Source: Octopus sinensis (lineage: Eukaryota). Taken from it: a stretch of 41,245 nt of DNA. The translations under genes and the position numbers were made by a program. The notes below the pieces were generated by a model. The model saw nothing but the letters and a program-made list of their open reading frames with translations, did not search any database and was not told the DNA's origin. Shown in pieces: positions 35,601 through 41,245 of this stretch (position 1 is its first letter; every line of letters starts with the position of its first letter). Location of the stretch: NCBI RefSeq assembly GCF_006345805.1, contig NW_021832082.1:1-41245 (forward strand), read 5' to 3'.

Positions 35601-36465
35601 TATATATATATATATATATATATACGTATATAGATAAATGTATAGATATATGTATGTATGAAAATGTGTGTGTGCGTGTATGTATATATGTGTGTGTAAT
35701 GTGTGTGTAAACATATATATATATATATATATACATACACAAGTACATAGCGATATGCAGATATTTATATATATGAATATATGAATGAACACATCTATAT
35801 ATGTCAATGTGGATGCACATACATATATACACATGTGTGTTACTTCAGGTAAGTAGGTAGTTATATAAGTAGGTATGTAGAATGGTTTCTACGGTGATGT
35901 AAGTGATAAAGTGGTGGTGGGTTATGGTAGTGATAATGGTGGTGGCAGTGGTGGTGGTGGTGGTGGTGGCAGTGGTGGTGGTGGTGGTGGTGGTGGTGGT
36001 GGTGGTGGCGGTGATATAAGCATTGGTTATGATGATGATGGTAGTGATAGTGGCAATCGTGTTTGTTTTTAACCCCAGGTCTGCCCTGATCCTGTAGACC
36101 TATGATCAAAGTTATTCCATCCATGGCCATCATGTCTTTGTTTCAGTCATGCTGTATCTAGGGTCACATTTTTCACACAATTCATATCAGCCTATTTTCT
36201 TACATTGTAAACTCTATTTTGAAGGGAAAATGGTTTGGTTGCTATTTCTAGCAGTTTGTAAAACTATATGAGGGCATCTTTGTTTGCTGTGGTGATGATA
36301 GTGGAAGTAGCAACGGTCATGATTAGGTTGGTGATATTGTTAATGTTGTTGGTTTAGCCCCAGGTCAGTCCTGATCCCATAGGCCTATGATCTAAGATGC
36401 TCCAATTGTGACCATCCAATTTATTATTCTGACATAATGCATCTAAGACTACAATATTTAACATA

Positions 36466-36647
36466 CAGGTGAAAGTGTGGGTGTGTGGTAAGAAGCTTGC
36501 TTCCCAACCACATAGTTCTGGGTTCAGTCCCACTACATGGCACCTTGGGCAAGTGTCTTCTACTTGGGCCAACCAAAGCCTTGTGAGTGGACTTGGTAGA
36601 CAGAAACTGAAAGAAGCCTAGAAGCCTGTCATATATATATATATATG

Positions 36648-36678
<31 letters not shown>

Positions 36679-36905
36679 TATTTACTTGTTTCAGTCATTT
36701 GACTGAAGCCATGCAAGAGTACCATCTTAAAGGGGTTTTTTTGTTGAAAAAATTGACCCCCAAGACTTATTTTTTGTAAGTCTAGTATTTATTTGGTCTC
36801 TTTTGCCAAACCACTAAGTTACTGGAACTTAGACAACCAACATTAGTTTTCAAGCGATGGTGATGTGGGGCGGTGGACAAGCAAAGACACAAAGACACTC
36901 ACATG
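36466..36905. mobile_element. SINE family A head (+, 36466-36630) and tail half (-, 36680-36905)
   Basis: Two halves in opposite orientation joined at a TA microsatellite. Confidence 0.8.
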
Positions 36906-36944
<39 letters not shown>

Positions 36945-37319
36945 GTAGTAACAGAAAAGAGGAATTTGGTTGTCCCCACGTGGTGGGTTGTAATGTATAT
37001 AAGAAATTAAAAAAGGAAAATACGCACATTTACATGGTTTTAATATAATTTTTAATATATCAACCGGTTTCACTATCACTATTCATGATATTATGTTTAA
37101 TTTATTTGAATATATATTTTTTCTTAGAAAAATTTGGTCCATGTTGTGTGTGAGGAAATTCACGAGTGAATGACTTCTTATTTTCTTATATATATATAAT
37201 TAAATATAATTAAGAGTTAAGCAACAAGTTGCTTTACCACATACCAAAAATTTAGAAATAGCAGCCAAAGGCAGCTCATTCCTTTTTACTACAGATATGA
37301 CTCCACAGATAACAATATT

Positions 37320-37472
37320 TAACGGGCTTCTTTCAGTTCCCATCTACCAAATCTACTCACAAGGCTTTAGTTGGCCTGAGGCTATAGTAGAAGACACTTG
37401 CCCAAGGTGCCATGCAGTGGGACTGAACCCAGAACCATATGGCTGGGAAACAAACTTCTTACCACACAGCCT
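37320..37472 (-). mobile_element. SINE family A head
   Basis: Family A match. Confidence 0.85.
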
Positions 37473-37499
37473 ATCTACTATCTCTACTATCTAATGTTG

Positions 37500-37802
37500 C
37501 TGTTTGTTCCTTCTTGAGCCATGCCTGGCTCATAGGGCTGGTTTCCCGGTTTCCTTGGCGTATAGATTCCCCACCTGGACTGGACGCCGGTCCGTCGCAG
37601 GTGAGCTGCAAGATGCAGGAAGAAAGAGTGAGAGAAAGTTGTGGCGAAAGAGTCAGCAGAGGTTCACCATTACCTTCTGCCGGAGTCGCATTGAGCTTAG
37701 GTGTTTCACTCATAAACACACACATTGCCCAGTCTGAGATTCGAACCCGCGATCTCTCGATTGCGAGTCCGCTGCTCTAACCACTAGGCCATGTACCTCC
37801 AC
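37500..37802 (-). mobile_element. SINE family D, full length
   Basis: A box TGGCCTAGTGG and B box GGTTCGAATC. Confidence 0.9.
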
Positions 37803-38974
37803 ATTATGTAATGTATAGTATAGTAATTAGTGCTAGTGGCTATGGTTGTTGTTGTTGTTGTGCTGATAGTTATAACTGTTGTTTCTGGTGTTGCGTAGCC
37901 CTAGGTCATTCCTGATCTAAAGGCCTATGATGATCAAAGAAGTTCTAGCTGTGACCATCTTAGCTTCTTTGTTCAGACAAAGTGTATCTAGGACTAGTCC
38001 TGATCCAACAGACCTAAGAGCAAACATCATTCCGGACATGACCCTCCCATGTTTTCTGTATATATTGGAGTACACTATTTTCTTCTTTAGATAGTAAAGG
38101 GTAATTTGATGAAAATTTGGCTGCTATTTCTAGCAAGTTCTGTCGTTCACATAAGGAGAGTTCCATTTGACATGACAGTGTTTGTGGTGGAGGGGTTGGT
38201 GCTGGCTGGCGTAATAGTGGTGATGATGAGATGAGAGGATGGAGGAGAAGAGGCTGGAGGTGGGGTGGGGGTGGGGGGGATGCCATGGCATCCTTCTCTC
38301 TCTCTCTCACTCTCTTCCCTTCTTTTCTCTCTCTTTTTACGGCATAGGACAATGTTATAATTAAATAAATATGCAAATTTTTAGAGACAGAAGGAAAGCT
38401 CAGAAAGGGAGATCGAAAGACAGGAGTTTCAGTGGTGATGGAGATGATGATGACGATGATGATGATGACAATGATGAAGATGATGATGATGTTGATGATG
38501 ATGGTAATGTACTAGAATACTTGGTGGTTGGTGTCCAATGGTGGTGATGATGGTGGCGGCAGTAGCAGCAGTAGTGGTGGGTTCAGATCAGGCTGTCGGT
38601 GGATGTGAGTGTAAAGGGATGCAGGGGGAATGTTGGTGGGGGTAGAATTGATGGTGGGGTAGGGGTGGGGTGGGAAGAAAAATCTAAAGAAATTCTTGCT
38701 GAAAGAAATTCTCACTCTAATTACCACCCACCCCCACTACCCTGACCATACACCTCTTGCTGCATGCTTACACCCCTCCTTTCTTTTTCTTCTTCTCTTT
38801 TCTGCATTCTTGTTGATGTTGTTGTTGTTCTCCTCCTCTTCCTCCTCCTCCTCCACCTGGCTGCAATGCAACATCACCAAACATTTCACTTGTCAGGTTA
38901 TCATCAAACAACAAAAACAGAAACTGGATAACATTTCTCTACCTGATCCACCCCTATCACCACCCTGACGAAAA

Positions 38975-39108
38975 TAACCAGCCAATCACGTTAAAGGGTT
39001 TCGAAGTGAAAGCACGTCCCACCAGCAGTTGGGTAGTAACCAAGGTGGGTATATATAAATAACGGGTGGAAGAATACCCGGCAGTCAGAACAGCTTTCTA
39101 TCGTAAGT
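38975..39108 (+). promoter_or_regulatory. Putative Pol II core promoter with a 20-nt non-coding first exon
   Basis: AGCCAATCA (CCAAT at 38982, about -101); TATATAAATA (39052-39061, about -31); Inr-like GCAGTC (A at 39083); 5' splice site GTAAGT at 39103. Confidence 0.6.
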
Positions 39109-39434
39109 ACCCAGCTTGGAATATATACATATAATACTGTGATGTGACTCTAACCCTTTCAACCACCTCTACTACCACCACCAATACCCTCTTGTCTTCT
39201 TGTGTATTGTTTACCGATGCAGGCATACACACACACACACACACACACGCACACACACACACGCACACACACACACACACATGCACACGTGCACACACCC
39301 ATGCAAACCCATGCATTCATATTCATACAAAACTAAATACATACATATAATATACATACATACAAATATATATATATATATGTGTGTATATATATAGATA
39401 CATATATGTATATATATATATATATTACATATAT

Positions 39435-39475
<41 letters not shown>

Positions 39476-39664
39476 CTCACACACATACACACACAATGCA
39501 CACACACCCATTCAAACTTATTACATATATAAATATGTATATATATATATATACACACTAATATATGTCTTTAAATATACATTATATATACAATATATAT
39601 AAAAGAAAAAATGTATTGTAAATAGACAAACAAGTAAAAAAATGTAAACATATACTAAGTGCAC

Positions 39665-39715
<51 letters not shown>

Positions 39716-39778
39716 CATCATCATCATCGGACGTTAACGATGATATGATGATGATATATACACATACATACTACATAC

Positions 39779-39809
<31 letters not shown>

Positions 39810-40281
39810 TACATATATATATGTAATACACATATACATATATATATGTAATATATATATATACACACACACACACAAACATATACAAGCACATTTATGT
39901 GCACAGACATACATACACATATATACATACATATATGTATATATAAAATATACATGTAATATATAATATATATATAAATAAAATGTATATATATATGTAT
40001 AATATACATAGTTAATAGATGCATACACATACACACATATACATAAATCCACATATACATACAAATTATCAATTTGAAGTATTCCCTATTTGATTATTTT
40101 TCTTGTCTTCTCTTTCTCCAAACTAATTGTCACTATCATTATTATTATTATTATTATTATCATCATCATTATTATCATTATTATTATTATTACTATTATT
40201 ATTATTATCATTATTTATCCATTATTATAATTAGACTACTATAATTATCATCATTCTCGTCATCATCATTATTATTATTAT

Positions 40282-40312
<31 letters not shown>

Positions 40313-40689
40313 TGATGACATTGCCTTTTTTGTCCTTCTCGGGATACCAGTCACATGCTGGTGTAGAGTTTAATCCTCTCCAGCTCCCATCTCTTCACGA
40401 TAAGGTCTGGATTTATGCCTATGTTGAACCAATCAACTATTTTACCAATCAGCTTCAGGAATATTAATTCTTTCTACTGACTTCATTCCCCACATTTTTA
40501 TCCTGATGGTTGTTCATCAGAAATTATTGCTATTTTTCTTTGATAATTTGCTAATTATGATTAAATATGCAATCTGCTCATTTCTGCATTTCATCCATTC
40601 TCTTCAATGGTTGATTAGTCTATATTATACCTTAAGGAGCAAAGGACCCGTTTTCCAGCTTCTCTGGCATATATGTATTCCTCCTTCAA

Positions 40690-40845
40690 TGGGATGCTCA
40701 CCTGTCACTGGATTACCCATTTATAGCAGCTGAGTGGACTAAAGCAGTAACGAAGTGCTTTGCTCAAGAGCGCAATGCACTGCCTGGGCCATGAATTGAA
40801 ACTACAATCTTAGGATCAACGGTCCAACACCCTAACTACTAAGCC
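40690..40845 (-). mobile_element. Old CORE-like SINE (family C)
   Basis: Minus strand GGCTTAGTAGTTAGGGTG...CTCTTGAGCAAAGCACTTC...CCACTCAGCTG. Confidence 0.7.
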
Positions 40846-40945
40846 TCTAATAAGATGCCAATAGAATATAGTGTTTGATCTAAGTCGACTACAACTGTTC
40901 TCTAAAATTGGTGTAGCCTTGTTCTCATATATATATGTATGTGTG

Positions 40946-41099
40946 TATAACAAAAGCTGTTACTCAGAGTTTCAAGTGAAACTCTGAGTAACAGCTTTTG
41001 TTATATTTCTGCTGCTTTTAAATAAAGCATATTACTCTACCTCTGGTATTTGAGTACTCTTTTTTCCACCTTGTTTCACATTTATATGCTTACTCCAGT
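40946..41099. mobile_element. TA-embedded fold-back element, same family as 15594-15772
   Basis: Perfect 29-bp hairpin 40946-41005 made of two inverted GAAACTCTGAGTAACAG half-hammerheads; shared terminus. Confidence 0.8.
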
Positions 41100-41245
41100 A
41101 TATATATATGTATGTATATGTAATGCATGTATACACATATCAGTATATACATAATTGGTTGTAGAATTTACCTAAATCAAAGAACACCCAACTATATTAA
41201 TATAGTGAGAATATATTGTATAGTTGAATGATGATCATTCTAATA

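Larger units (their letters stand above)
36060..38055 (-). repeat. Dispersed ~70-bp repeat, four copies (~36065, 36350, 37895, 37992)
   Basis: Variants of TTAGCCCCAGGTCAGTCCTGATC..GCCTATGATC-AAG..TCCA..TGACCATC, mostly preceded by GTT-rich tracts; likely a retroposon 3' end. Confidence 0.6.

Noticed and set aside
37730-37802. tRNA-like sequences at SINE heads (also 40, 16441, 33720, 35306)
   Set aside because: A/B boxes are present but there is no complete cloverleaf and they continue into SINE bodies; not tRNA genes
38960-39025. CTGACGA...GAAAGCACGTC hammerhead-like string in the promoter
   Set aside because: Helix I and helix III do not pair; coincidental
412-40072. Numerous ORFs rich in YI/HT/CV/MYV/T/V repeats (e.g. 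21521-22090, 25709-26179, 26663-27067)
   Set aside because: Translations of microsatellites that lack stop codons; no coding signature

Overview
AT-rich, repeat-dominated eukaryotic non-coding DNA. The tRNA-derived SINE families and dense (TA)n/(GTAT)n/(AAT)n/(GGT)n microsatellites point to an octopus (coleoid cephalopod) genome; this is inferred from repeat content. No intact protein-coding gene is visible, and nearly all listed ORFs are microsatellite or SINE read-throughs. Recognisable content: more than 30 SINE copies from about 5 families; decayed fragments of Penelope-like elements (PLE; GIY-YIG and RT), CR1-like, L1/Tx1-like and RTE LINEs; a DD37D (maT) transposase remnant; mariner and Tigger MITEs; and a clean non-autonomous Helitron. 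The most notable hidden layer is about 10 minimal type-I hammerhead-ribozyme-like motifs, several degenerate. Most sit in short, often palindromic elements inserted in TA/AAT microsatellites, and one belongs to an apparent tRNA-headed SINE. Also seen: two SINE/LINE shared 3' tails, a ~525-bp inverted duplication, two candidate minus-strand exons, and a textbook CCAAT-TATA-Inr promoter with a 20-nt first exon near 39.05 kb.
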